Below, one piece after another: positions 25,153 through 36,814 of a stretch of 38,163 nt of DNA; positions within the stretch are counted from its first letter, which is position 1; each line of letters starts with the position of its first letter. This stretch comes from Dimargaris cristalligena (taxonomy: Eukaryota): contig ML002363.1 in NCBI GenBank assembly GCA_003614675.1, positions 1-38,163 on the forward strand, given 5' to 3'. Below the pieces are notes generated by a model. That model made no database searches and had not been told where the DNA came from. It saw only the letters and a program-made list of their open reading frames with translations. The position numbers and the translations under genes were made by a program.

Positions 25153-27273
25153 TTAGTAGTTTGACTTGGGCAGGGCAGGTAGGCTTTTGGTTTGGTCTAC
25201 GGGCCTAGAAGTGTTAACCTTAGTTTTGTTAGCGGCTTTTCCCGAAGGAGGCGAGGTATTGCGTCTAGTATTAGCATTAGAAGTGGATGGCTCCGAGGGT
25301 TGACCAGGTTTCATTAGATGGAAGGCCGTCGAGTCCTCTTCCCCCTCCTTGTTTGTAATACACACAGACATGTCGAATTTCTCTACGCCGGCCTCTATGG
25401 GACCATTTTGGGGATCAGTTTCTCTGATTTTGTACCCGAAGGAGACGAAAAATCGGCGAAAGAAGGCTTCGCCCAGAATCACAATGTTGCCCTCTTCGTA
25501 GGCCTTATCGCCATTATGGGCCCCGATGGCGGAAATATACCGAGACCGCCGGGGATGGAGGGACGGAGGTGATGACGATGATGGTGTGCAAACAGTATCC
25601 CCGGTAAAGTCGGGGCCGGGAGGGATGTAGGTCGATGAGGGGCGGGCCTTGGCAAAGACTTTCTCTACTGAACTAGTCGCCGCCTGGGCGGTGGCTTTGA
25701 GGAAGGAGCGCTTGCGCTTAAGTTCGCAATTGGCGGAGGAGGTCCGGTCGGTATTATCCCTATAATTATCGGGGCCGGCCGAGTCCACTTCGCCATCGGC
25801 GTCGTTGCCAGGAGAGGGTGGGGTGGTCATGACGTAATGGTTGCGGTTCATTTCGAAGCTTTTGTCGTCCAGCTCAAAAACAATGCGGTGACCGAAATGG
25901 TCTTCGTTGTCGTCAAAGGCAAAGAGCGCCCGGTTCTTTGGGTTCTTTTCCTTTTCCTTAGGTTCGGCTTGCCCCTTTTTCTTCTGGTCTTTTTCAGTCT
26001 TATTTTTCGATGAGGTTGGGGCAAGCGGCTTGGCCCCCAGGGCGGCGTTGATTTTAGTCGCTTCCGGCTGACTAAAGTAAATAAACCGGGCGGCAATCTC
26101 AAAATGGACCGAGGCGTCTGTGATCTCGGCCGCCAAGTTGCCATTCACCAATACACGGAATGTTTTAATTTGGAGTAGGAAATGGCTGCGGCCGAGGGGG
26201 GGAAAGAAGCATTGGATTGCACGGTTTGTCAGCTCATTTAGAGGTTTCCGGGAAATCACCAGTTCACCGCGGTAGGGGTTATTATTCTGATAGCTTTCGG
26301 ATGGTCGGCGATGATGCGTGCTACCGTTACCGTCACCGTGGTTATTAGTCACCGTGGCCCTTTCGCGGTCGGCCACATTATAATGAATGAAGACTGACTT
26401 CTTTTTACGCAGGACCAAGTCGTCAATCAATTGACTGCGCTGCCCCCTATCCGAAATCCCCGCCAGGGCCGTACCGAACAGACCGTCCATATCGAAATAC
26501 TCCGTGAGTTTAGCGGGGAGGGCGTTGGTGATGACGCGGAACTGGGTCTTTAACGCCTGACCCCCATTGGGTAAGCCCGGGTACGCGATGCGACCGTTGA
26601 CCCAAAGGAAACGCAGTTCCTCGTTGTGAAAAAAATTGACGCTATTCCCATCGTTAATGAACAGGTTGGTGATGCCCGGGTGTTTCTGCGGGCTGTTCAG
26701 TTCGGGCGCCCGGTAGCGTCGGAGAGATTCGGGGATCTGGAGTTGGCCGTTCGCATCCAAGGTTTGGGCCGTTGGACGACGGTGGGCCTCCCAATGGGCC
26801 GGATTGATCCACACGTCAAACCCCCGGCTGACGAGGCGGAGGCGGCGCCATTTCATATCCTTTTCGCTATTATCCGGCACGTCATAGTCGGCCGCGGGGT
26901 CCCGTTTCCCCGTACCGTCGTCGGGTCCGGAACCCAAGTGGATGGACGAGGCAGCGGGCGAAAAGGCCTGATCCGCGGGTATGAGGCCCACCTCTAGTTT
27001 CACATAAAGGTCACTTTGTTCGTGCCAGACAAATGGAAAGGGCCCCTTCTCGCTTTTGCCGAGAAGCTTCGAGCCTAGCTTGCCTAGAATTGCCTTGGGG
27101 TTCACTAAGTACTGCAGGGTGGATTTGGACGGGGTCGGAGGTTTGGGTGGGGCAACGAGGCGGCGGTAAATGGGGATAACGATATTCAAGTCATCGTCTT
27201 CTTCATTACCCAGGCACGGCATGACGCCGAGGCAAATTAGTAGCAGGGCCACGCGCATAGTAGTTGGTTTCAT
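25153..27273 (-). CDS. Secreted, highly divergent pepsin-like (A1) aspartic peptidase homolog, probably catalytically inactive, 706 aa
   Basis: Signal peptide MKPTTMRVALLLICLGVMPCLG. Ordered A1-like motifs: LYVKLEVG, FDVWI, DMDGLFG, GELVI, FIYF...KINAALGA, IVFELDDKSFEMNRNHYV, ISAI, IVILGEAFFRRFFVSF. No DTG/DSG. Confidence 0.7.
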   Translation of the reverse strand: MKPTTMRVALLLICLGVMPCLGNEEDDDLNIVIPIYRRLVAPPKPPTPSKSTLQYLVNPKAILGKLGSKLLGKSEKGPFPFVWHEQSDLYVKLEVGLIPADQAFSPAASSIHLGSGPDDGTGKRDPAADYDVPDNSEKDMKWRRLRLVSRGFDVWINPAHWEAHRRPTAQTLDANGQLQIPESLRRYRAPELNSPQKHPGITNLFINDGNSVNFFHNEELRFLWVNGRIAYPGLPNGGQALKTQFRVITNALPAKLTEYFDMDGLFGTALAGISDRGQRSQLIDDLVLRKKKSVFIHYNVADRERATVTNNHGDGNGSTHHRRPSESYQNNNPYRGELVISRKPLNELTNRAIQCFFPPLGRSHFLLQIKTFRVLVNGNLAAEITDASVHFEIAARFIYFSQPEATKINAALGAKPLAPTSSKNKTEKDQKKKGQAEPKEKEKNPKNRALFAFDDNEDHFGHRIVFELDDKSFEMNRNHYVMTTPPSPGNDADGEVDSAGPDNYRDNTDRTSSANCELKRKRSFLKATAQAATSSVEKVFAKARPSSTYIPPGPDFTGDTVCTPSSSSPPSLHPRRSRYISAIGAHNGDKAYEEGNIVILGEAFFRRFFVSFGYKIRETDPQNGPIEAGVEKFDMSVCITNKEGEEDSTAFHLMKPGQPSEPSTSNANTRRNTSPPSGKAANKTKVNTSRPVDQTKSLPALPKSNY

Positions 27274-30200
27274 AAAATAGAGATGTAAGTGCTAACCAAG
27301 TGATGGCTTGGGGGTATTTTCAAATAGTTGATTAGTATGTCATCAAGCGGTTCAATATAAAAATATAAATATAAATTTAGATTTTAAAATTATTTAAAAG
27401 TTCTCCTGCAGAAATGCGCCTAATATCCACTTTCGTGCATTTTAATGGTGTGAAGCTATACTAAAAAAAAATAGACTAACTAGTATATACCGTCGAATGG
27501 TACGGGTGCCAATGGACGTGGAAAATGAAAGGCAAAAGGGATATCCCTCTGGTCGATGAGGATGTATCGAGGTCAGTGGGGGGGGGCTAAGATAATGAGT
27601 AACATAGGAGGGAAGGATGTCCAGCAGGCGGTTAGGTCGGTTATATGGGGAAGAGGGAAGGGAGCCCACAGGCGCCGGTGGTGGTCTGAATTCGCTGCTG
27701 TGCTACCTAAGATTAGGTGGGGTCAAGTGGAAAGAAACGGAAGAATAAATGGGGGTTTGGTCGCCCATTTTTCTAACCGAGCACCGCTTCCGTTTGTAGT
27801 TATTTTTCTATAGTCTCAGGTACTGCTAACCTGCCCTGTCTTTTATTTTTTGGCCCTTTGCTCCTGCAAAAAGACAGTTAGGGCCAAGGGTGGGGAGTAA
27901 AGGGAAGTCCATAATAATGGTACAAGAGCGGAGCGCGGAAACTATGGATAATCACCAACCACTCATTTTGTTACACTAAAGTAGTACAGCCTGTGGAACA
28001 GGAAGGTACGGGGGAGAAGAGGGGAGGTAAATAAAGTAAACATTGGCAGTGCGGCCTGGTGGAGTAACAGACATCGCCCCGTTTCGTAACTTCTACTGGC
28101 CATCCAATTGCTTAAATCCTCATTTAGAGAGGTTAGTTGAGTATGGACAAACCGCTGAGGGATATTTTTAGAGGGTTGGAACCTGTGTCAGAGTAGTGTC
28201 AGTACGGCGGTTAATTATCCCAGGTGGAAGGAAGAGCTAGTGCAATCGCACCCATCGAATAGTGTTAGACCCAAAGGCAAGCCACTATTAAGATCGCTCT
28301 ATTTAGGCCCGGGTTCCACCTTCACGAATCCTACGGGATTTCATTCGCATTTTGCCATGTTCACCTCCCGTTTTGGTCTCTTCGTTACCCTCCCCTGGAG
28401 CTGAAATACCGCCGTACATGTCAAAAGCGCGGTTGCCGAAATACCCTTTATAGCGGTGAACTATCCCTGGCGTTTTTCCGTCAACGCAGCGCTACTCGCT
28501 CCCTAACTCGTCTGCAGATTTAGTATGCGTTTATTGAATGGGCCACCCCAGGGAGGCTAGCCGTCGTGAGTGTTCGGAAGTAGTGTGTCGCGCCAAATAC
28601 GATGGCGGCAATTGGTCCCTTAGCCGTAGATTGGATAGTGAGGCCGGGAATATCCTATATCTGGAAGAACGGGCTAGGGTCGGCACTCAAGTATAGCCCA
28701 TTGGTTTCATCTTGACTTAATCTAATACCTAAACAGCACTGTACGCCCTTTACCCAGTGGTCCGGATTAGCATTTTCGCGGCACTACGACGGAGTTCACC
28801 AACTCAAGTAATAGCAAAAACTCGTGAAGCCTCGGAAGCACCGTGAATCACAATGTATAATTATCTTCAAGGGACCCATATACACCCCTATTCGCATCCA
28901 ATGTCACCGAGTGAGTAAGGTGGAATTAGTAGTGGATCCCCAACGTTCACCAGCGAAGGACTTGCCGTGTTAGTAGCCGTTCGGGTGTATTGGCAGGTGG
29001 ACATATGGTTTGTGAATTTGTATCTAACTGGATCATGCCACTGAACAACACCACACCGACCAGCGTATCTTACCCTCTCCCTCCTTTCTCAGGTATTGCG
29101 GACTGGCTAATTCCTGACTAAAGTGGAATCAACTCAAAGAAGCGACCCGAAGAATTCGGCCGCTATGTTGGTTGAAGAAAAAAGAAGGTATCCGAGTTTA
29201 GCTGGATCAGCTGGTTTGGGGGTGCCTGGGGTGTTTAGACAGTTGGCATGTACATGGGCTGGATATTGACGACCTCCATTAGATGCATGAATAATAGTAG
29301 ATGGTCGCGGCCTCTATTGCGGTCAGTGAGAGACTATTAATCATTAGGTCCTTTAGCACTATTCTCTCGGCAGTCGTGGGGATTTTAATATGCTCGTAGA
29401 AAGCCTCCGCAGTTACACTCCCCCTCCCCCTTTTTTATGCCTGCCTTCTCTCCTTTGGCTTAAAAATAGGCACTGCAGCTTCAAATCGAGATGCCTGTCA
29501 TCACTAGTGGGCTCCATGGAGTCAACGGGGCCAACTCTCCTCCCCCCTGTTGGTGTACTCCTGAGCGCCATACAACTAAATCCGCAGAAGGTGGTTTTGA
29601 GGGGGAAGAGGGAGCGGAATCGGCGGGGAGCAAGGTACAGATAATATAGGTAGGCTAGTTAATAAGACGCACGTGGTGGTGCCCACTAATGGGCAGTGGT
29701 TATGACGGGTTTCGTCATTGGCTATTCGTATTGGGCTCTAATAATGGTTCAAAATGAGGTATTCTCGGCTAGAGGGCCGACCTTTTTTTGATTTACGATA
29801 GCGGTGTATGGTAACCCAAGCGGTGGTCCCGGTAATCATCCCCAGCGGTAGCATATGTATCCCCGTATGTGAGGGCATTTCACCAAATCATTCAGGCATG
29901 AGGGGCACAGTGACTAGCCCGAGTAAACTGGGGTATTTAGGCTAGTGCATTGGCGGTGTAAATAATGTAATTTTTCGGGTGCCATTTGCCATTACAGCGA
30001 TCCCAAGCCACAGTACTGCCGATAAGTAAGAAGGTGTGTAGGACATGGAGTGGTGTGTGATGCTAAGATATGTAAATCCGGGGTCTGCGGATGCAGGTGG
30101 TACCCACTTGAAGAAGGCGATACAGCCCAGTAACCACATTCATCATAGACATTCGTGCTCAATGTCCGATGTCAATGAGTTCCGGGGAGGAGGGGGGAGA

Positions 30201-30845
30201 GGAGGTAATGGTTGGTCTAGAAGGGGATTCTCGGAAACCTCCTCTAATATCTCCTGTAAAGTGGCATTAAGAACACTCCGGGGGCTAGCCGATGGCTATG
30301 GTAGCACACTACAGGCCTAGTACTGCATTAGTTCATCGTAGCCCCCCCTCTTTATCGAAACACTATTATTGCAGACTCTAGCTACACTCTTGTTTCATTC
30401 TAGATGAGCAGTAAGCAGTCGAGGACAATGTAAAGTAATAATTGGTACGGGATACACATTTGCATTTCGCTGCCTCTTCCATTTCTTCTCACTCGAAATC
30501 ATTCTAACGGTAGTGTGTATCTCTAGGGTGGTACTGAACTTACTCGGTTCTTCAATGCAAGTATGATGGTCACCACCGTAGATTTTTTCTATTATATTAT
30601 TATCTACCTACCCCCTGAAACTCATGCAACAGGGACTGTGGGGGGTTTTCCCCTCAGCAATCGACTGGTGTTATTCGCTTATGAGCTAATTGGCGCAAGT
30701 GGGCCGCTCCCGAAGGTCACAGCCCGGGTACAGCCCGCCAAAAGATACTGGTATATTTAATGAAAGGGGGAGGGTAGATAGAGAGAGCGAGGGGAGGGGC
30801 TGCTTCCGGAGATAAATTACTAGGTCAATAGTTTGGATCCTGGCT

Positions 30846-30853
30846 TATAAAAA
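30846..30853 (+). promoter_or_regulatory. Candidate TATA box for the Gly/Pro/Ser-rich gene
   Basis: TTATAAAA about 235 nt upstream of ATG 31084. Confidence 0.35.
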
Positions 30854-31083
30854 GAGCTGATTGGCGCCATGGACCAAGAAGCATTACGATTCTAGACTTT
30901 CCTACTACCTAACGCCCTGTTAACCTCTAATTAAAACATCACTAACGACTCATAGAGTTGGAAATCTAATATTCTACTATTGTATTGATTTTTACGAAAT
31001 TCATCACGTCTCACGTTTCTGACGAATCCCCATCTCATCTCATTTCATCACTCACAACACAGCTAGCCGGTCGTGAATTTACC

Positions 31084-32571
31084 ATGAAGGTCTACACCAT
31101 CTCCCTCCTTGCCCTCTTCGCCGGTCTGTTGGCCCACGAGGCCTCTGCCTCCGGTTCGGGTTACGCCGGGTTCAACGCCTCCCCCTCTGTCCCAGAGACC
31201 CAGCCCGCCGGTGTGGGGTCCTCCCACCCTGGTCCGGCCAAGAACCAGGGTAGTTCCAACGGTGGGCCCGGCGACTACGAAGGTGGCTCTGGTCCTGCCG
31301 GTTCCGGCCCCTCGGATTTCGGTAAGGGTGGCAACTCCGGTGGTCCGTCGTTCGATAATGGCGGCGCCCGCGGGTCCGACAAGGATTACGAGGGCGGTTC
31401 CGGCCCCAGCCCCTCCAACTCCGGCCCAGCCGATTCCGACAAGCCTGATTACAAGGAAGCCGACAGGGGTGGTCAATCCAGTGGTCCCGCCGGTTATCAA
31501 GGGGCTACCGGTCCCTCCAGCTCAGGCCCTTCCAACGCCGGTAAGCCCGACTACAAGGAATCCGGTAAGGGTGGATCCTCGGGTGGACCCACTGGTCCCA
31601 GCTCTGCTCCTTCTAACGGTAACGGTGGTGCCGGCGGACCCAGCAAGGGCTACGAAGGGGGTTCCACCGGGCCTGGACCCTCCAGCTCCGGTCCTTCCTA
31701 TTCGGGTAAGCCCTAATACCGCGAAGCTGACAAAGGCGGAAACTCCGCTGGCCCGTCCGGCAGCGGCCCTAGCCACGGTGGTGGCTCCAATGGCTACCAG
31801 AGTGGGTCCGGTCCCACTGGATCCGGCCCCTCCACCTCCGGCCGCCCCGAATACCGTGAGGCCGACACCGGTCCCAAGTCGTCCGGCCCGAGTCCGTCCG
31901 GTAGCGGTTCAGGCCCCCAGGCTGGAGGAAAGCCCCAGCCCGGACCTTCCACTAGCCCGTCTTCTCCCAGTAATGGCGGATCGGGTTACGACAACAAAGG
32001 TGCTCCCACCGGCTCCGCCCCGCAGCAGCCCGGCCACAATGGCGGTGGAAACAACGCGGCGCCCGCTGGTCCCAAGCCCCACCACCACCCTATTCCTCAG
32101 ACCACTCCCACGTCAGCCGGTCCCCGTGAAGGAAACGCCGGAGGCTATGATAATAAAAAGCCGGACAACGTTGCTTCCAAGCCCAGCACCGGATCACCCA
32201 ACGACTACCAGCAAGGCAAGCCCAATGGCCCTGGGGGTGCCGACTCTGGATCAAACCACCCTAAGCCGTCCCACGGCAACGGAGGCGGTAACGGACATGG
32301 AAATGGAAATGATAACGGTAACCAACACGGAGGCCCCAACCCGGTGGTGGCCCCTGGTTCCGGTGCTGGTTACGCTAGCGGCCCTGCTCCTGCTGCCGCC
32401 CCTAATGGCGGTGCTGTGAAGCCCAACTACAAACCCGCTTCCAATGATGATAACAAGGGCGGTGACCAGGGTAAGGGCCCTAGCGCTGGTGCCGGCCACG
32501 GTCAACCCGAGTACAAAGCCCCGGCTGCCCCTGTCGCTCCCGCCGAGACCAAGCCCAAGAGTGGATACTAA
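31084..32571 (+). CDS. Secreted Gly/Pro/Ser-rich repeat protein (495 codons) with internal in-frame TAA at 31714-31716
   Basis: accATG; signal peptide MKVYTISLLALFAGLLAHEASA. The frame stays open with the same repeat style (GPSxSGP, KPDYKE/RPEYRE) after the TAA to KPKSGY* at 32571. AATAAA at ~32713. Confidence 0.8.
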
Positions 32572-33399
32572 TGAACACGGTGCCTTCAGTGGCCAACGGC
32601 CGTCCTTTTACTGTGCATTCTGAAGTACGAATACCAATCTGTATTCGTGCCCTTAAATTCATTGCAGTATTCTGCATAAGTGCAGGCACCTTTGTTGCTT
32701 CACTCTAGTTGAAATAAAAGTAGCATTGTAGCATTGATTTACGATAAATAGTCAGTTGGATGGAATATGTCGAGGTGCTAGTGAAATGGCCAGGGTGAGT
32801 CTGGTAAGGCGATTCACTTTGCCAAAAAAATATAGATATGGGACTCTCTGAAATATTAGATAGACACTTAAATGTAATTAAATATATTAAGCCTATTCAA
32901 AAGCTGTGGTATCGATTAGCCAAATGGTATTTAGAGACATGCAAATTCGGATGCGCATTTGCCATTTACTTGTTTCGAAATTTCCTGGTTGCTGGCTAGT
33001 TGAAGCTAACATCAATTTCCAGCCAGTGTTGCTAGGAGGTTTGTTACCACGCCCAAGCTGCTGCTTCCCCCTGATTATCACAATCATTCAACCGGTCCTA
33101 TAGAAGTGACATTGTTGGCTTTTACCGTTAACCCTATCCAACTAAATGGTTAACATCACGTGATGACAATCCCCCCCCATTCTTAATTGAGCGACTACTC
33201 TGGTTCTTATTGTGGCAGTGGGTCTTACCCCCCTATCCTCTTTTGTAAATGGTCTTGAGCTAATGAGGCGGTAAGCGTGGTTGGCCTCCTGTTGCACAGG
33301 TGGGGGGCCTCAACAGGATGATCTGGCTGGACATGAGACCTCACTTGCATTCCTTTCCAAAACCCGATTGTATTTCTTTTCATACCCACTATTATAACC

Positions 33400-33996
33400 A
33401 TGCTTTCCCGCTCCATTCGTCACATTACGTTGTCACCGTGGCACCGTCCCTTAATTTGGCTCGGGCCCAACCCCCTCCAGAGCCGATTGGGGGCTGACCT
33501 CCGGCGCCGGCTCGCCAGTACCATTCAGGACGGTGTCGCTCCCGCTGCGACCAGTACCGCCCGCCCTCTGCACATCGAGCGTGAGCTTCCGGAAATCAAA
33601 ACCAACAACAAACTCCGTTACTTTGGGACCGCCGTCGGCCTGGCCATCTGGGTCGGTGGTATGGCCTGGGCTTTCAATTACCAGCGCCTGTGTTCCGCCG
33701 CGGTTACCAGCACGCTCTTTGTCACCCGCCACCACCCTGTCGCCATTGAGGCCCTAGGTGAACCCATTGCCTTTGAAAGCGGCTGGCCCTGGATTTCCGG
33801 GACGATTAATCAGCTGAAAGGGATCGTCGAGATTTCGATGCGGATACGAGGTACTAAGGCCGCCGGTGTCCTGTCGGTGAAAACTTACCGATCGAATAAC
33901 GAATGGAGTGACCGCGAGTTTCAACTCCGCTTAGACAATGGCCGCATCATCAACCTACTTGACGCCAGCTCCTCACTAGGGGCCCAGCTGGAATAG
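33400..33996 (+). CDS. Mitochondrial inner-membrane COA1-domain (Coa1/Mrx15-like) protein, 198 aa
   Basis: Arg-rich presequence MLSRSIRHITL; one TM segment (YFGTAVGLAIWVGGMAWAF); family-like ALGEPIAF...PWISGTINQLKGIVEISMRIRGTK..G.L. Confidence 0.78.
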   Translation: MLSRSIRHITLSPWHRPLIWLGPNPLQSRLGADLRRRLASTIQDGVAPAATSTARPLHIERELPEIKTNNKLRYFGTAVGLAIWVGGMAWAFNYQRLCSAAVTSTLFVTRHHPVAIEALGEPIAFESGWPWISGTINQLKGIVEISMRIRGTKAAGVLSVKTYRSNNEWSDREFQLRLDNGRIINLLDASSSLGAQLE

Positions 33997-35808
33997 TCGC
34001 TACGTAGGCGGCGATGTTGCCCTTTCTTATCTTTCCAGCTGTCTCCATCGACCGACAATCATTAAATGCCTAGTTTTAGAATTCCCGCAAAGAATTCGTG
34101 AGGATTTACCCGTTGCACTGCTGTGATCAAATAGTGGAATACCCCGGCCGCTGATGTATCCCCTACCTGCACTACAGGAGTGGGTATTTCCATACATAGC
34201 CAATAGTGGTGCGAGACTCTACAAACAGCTGATGATTGTAAGTCGGTCACATTTGTGTATGCCCCAAGAGGAGCCCATCCCCAATGCTAAAGGTACTAAA
34301 TCAAAGATGAGGGGCTTTCCCGAATGCGATGGGTGGATCGAACACAGTTATATTCCGGGATCAAGGTGGATACCGAATAAAGCGACCGGGGTTCTAAGGT
34401 AAGTGTTCCTTTTCACCCAATCGCTACTTGTTGGCCTTTTCAAGGGGGTGTCTGGTGGGAAGTCAGCTGCGAGCTCCCAGTACTGGCCGAATAGACCAGG
34501 TGGTATTGGGCTCCAGTGGCATTGGGGGGATTCAGGGACCAGGGATAGGCCCCACACCCCAAGCTTACGATATCCAGTTATCCAGGTTGGGCGGCGCGCC
34601 TGCATATTTGTGCTTGTAATGCATAGGTTTGTCCGAACTTTAATTAACATGATCATATTGGGTAAAATAGGGCCAATGGACCATATTGTTACTAAATTTT
34701 GATTTCGAGCACCTATACCAATGAATCGAATACATGACGCAGGGTATACTCCATAGTCACTTCCTGTTATAAAGATATTTGGCATTCTACGTTCTCCTGT
34801 CAGGGAGTACAAGAAAATGACAATGACAAGAACCCTTGAATGGGAAGGCTGGTGGATTTTGTATGCTAAAAGTCAAACGTCAATTATTCCGGTTATATCT
34901 GTTATGCAGTTTAATTGTAACCATCTGGTTCTCACTAGTGATCCATCCAGTTTATTAAATTAGGTTCACGTTTCGACATACATGGATTAGCCCAGAGTCA
35001 TACATGTTTACTATCTTCGGAAAATTTATAGACCAATCGTACAAAATGGCCATTGGTAGCCGTTCTCCGCCTTTACAAAGTATCGGTAAACGGCCGGACT
35101 TATTCACTACACCACTATCGGCCACTGTAAGAGGAAATGTTACCAACCAGGGGCAATGGTCCACGGGGCCCCAAAACCGTTGACCGCTTAGTCGTATCAG
35201 GGTATCCCCTGGGGGCAGTCGTTACCCCTCGGTGTACTTAAATAGAGGCCGGCTTATTATATAGCTCTATTAAATGGTGTCCTGGTATACCCCTCCACTC
35301 TCCGTCTTGGGAAGAAATGGGGATCCCTACATGAATATGTTGGGCATCCGCTGTGTGATGTCGCCCAGTTACTTAATTTCAGTACCCTGGCCATCTTGGG
35401 CTGATTTTTAATCAAGCGAGAGTAACAATTATCTCAAACCTAATAATGCCGATTAACGCTAGCATTGACCTTGGCCATTAATAGGATAGGGGGCTTTATC
35501 ATCTGAGGTCAGCCGGCCAGGGCGAACTCCTTGGTGATAAGTTTAAGGGCCTACCTTGGCTCCTCAAGACACCCTATAGCATTGATATTTTTGAGACTTA
35601 TAATGTCCTGTGCCGAAAAGATGGGGATTGTCGTCCTCATCGCTCCTATCCAATGGTAAAATGAAGTACACGGTCGCCAAGTGCGCTCGGCCAACTTGGC
35701 GAGGTACCGAATGTGATTCCCCTGTTCTAAGCCGTTTCAAGTCAACTTTTTTATTTGACCAGCGCCCGAACATGGTATATCGCTACCATCGAACCGAAAC
35801 TAAAATCG

Positions 35809-35816
35809 TATAAATA
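35809..35816 (+). promoter_or_regulatory. Candidate TATA box for the uORF/chitinase transcript
   Basis: TATAAATA about 100 nt upstream of ATG 35910. Confidence 0.4.
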
Positions 35817-35909
35817 GCCGCATTTCGCTTTCCCGAAATACACCAAACCAACCAACATCTCTTGTAACATCTGAAACTACTCCTCGAGCTATTTTCCGAC
35901 CTACTTACA

Positions 35910-36173
35910 ATGCACTTCCGTCGTCGCACTACTACCGCCGTGGCTGCTGCCCTGGCCCCCACCACCGCGGCCCCCCATGCCACTCCTGACATTACCATTG
36001 TCACTGATACCGGAGTGAGTCCGCCCCTGGCTACCCTTCCCTTTTTCGTGCGCATCATGCTGGCCTGGAGGATTATAAAACGCATCGTGAAGACGGCTTT
36101 TAAGAGCCTAATCCATTTTCTTCTCGGAATTTGCAAGTCCAAACTTCAGTCCGCCCACCACGCTCAAGGATAA
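35910..36173 (+). CDS. Small 87-aa ORF/uORF in frame with, and immediately upstream of, the chitinase
   Basis: acaATG context; C-rich codons in the first half; ends GGA TAA ACT ATG (chitinase start). Confidence 0.3.
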   Translation: MHFRRRTTTAVAAALAPTTAAPHATPDITIVTDTGVSPPLATLPFFVRIMLAWRIIKRIVKTAFKSLIHFLLGICKSKLQSAHHAQG

Positions 36174-36814
36174 ACTATGCGATTTCTATCACTTCTTTTC
36201 GCTTCTTGTCTTATATTTGTACTCTACGTTCGGTCTGGCCTGGCCGACGGTTTTAGTTCCCAGTGTGGCCATAATCTTGTTGTGTATTGGGGGCAAAATC
36301 CTTGGGGAGGCCAGCATTTGGAAGATCCTGCCAATTGGGAACAAAATATTGACTACTATTGCCAGGATGAAACCGTGGACATCATTATCGCGAGCTTCCT
36401 CGTAAACTACAACCTGGGCAGGATCCCGGACACCAACTTCGCCAATCACTGCAACACCACCTTCCCTGGGACCCATTTGCACTACTGCGCCAGTATCGCC
36501 AATGGTATTCGCTACTGCCAACGCCGCGGTAAGAAGGTCCTGCTTTCCCTAGGAGGAGCCGAGGGCAGCTACGGGTTCCAGGACGACCAGAGCGCCATTC
36601 AATTCGCGCGTCTCCTTTGGGATATGTTCCTAGGCGGCAACCACCCCATGCGTCCCTTCGGTGAAGTAGTCCTAGATGGCATCGACCTCGACCTCGAACA
36701 CGGCGGCCCCACGGGTGTCACCGCCTTTTCCCGAGAGCTGCGGCGGCTGTACCAAAGCACCCGTTACCGGAAATACCTCCTCACTGCCGCCCCTCAATGC
36801 GAATTCCCCGACTC

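Noticed and set aside
31109-32419. 436-aa overlapping +1-frame ORF
   Set aside because: Shadow frame of the GC-rich Gly/Pro/Ser codons. It has a non-ATG start and no signal peptide or family features.
34348-34812. Glutaredoxin-like text LTGERRMPNIFITG in a 154-aa - ORF
   Set aside because: No CxxC/CxxS motif or following GG-DD motif; non-ATG start. Likely chance.
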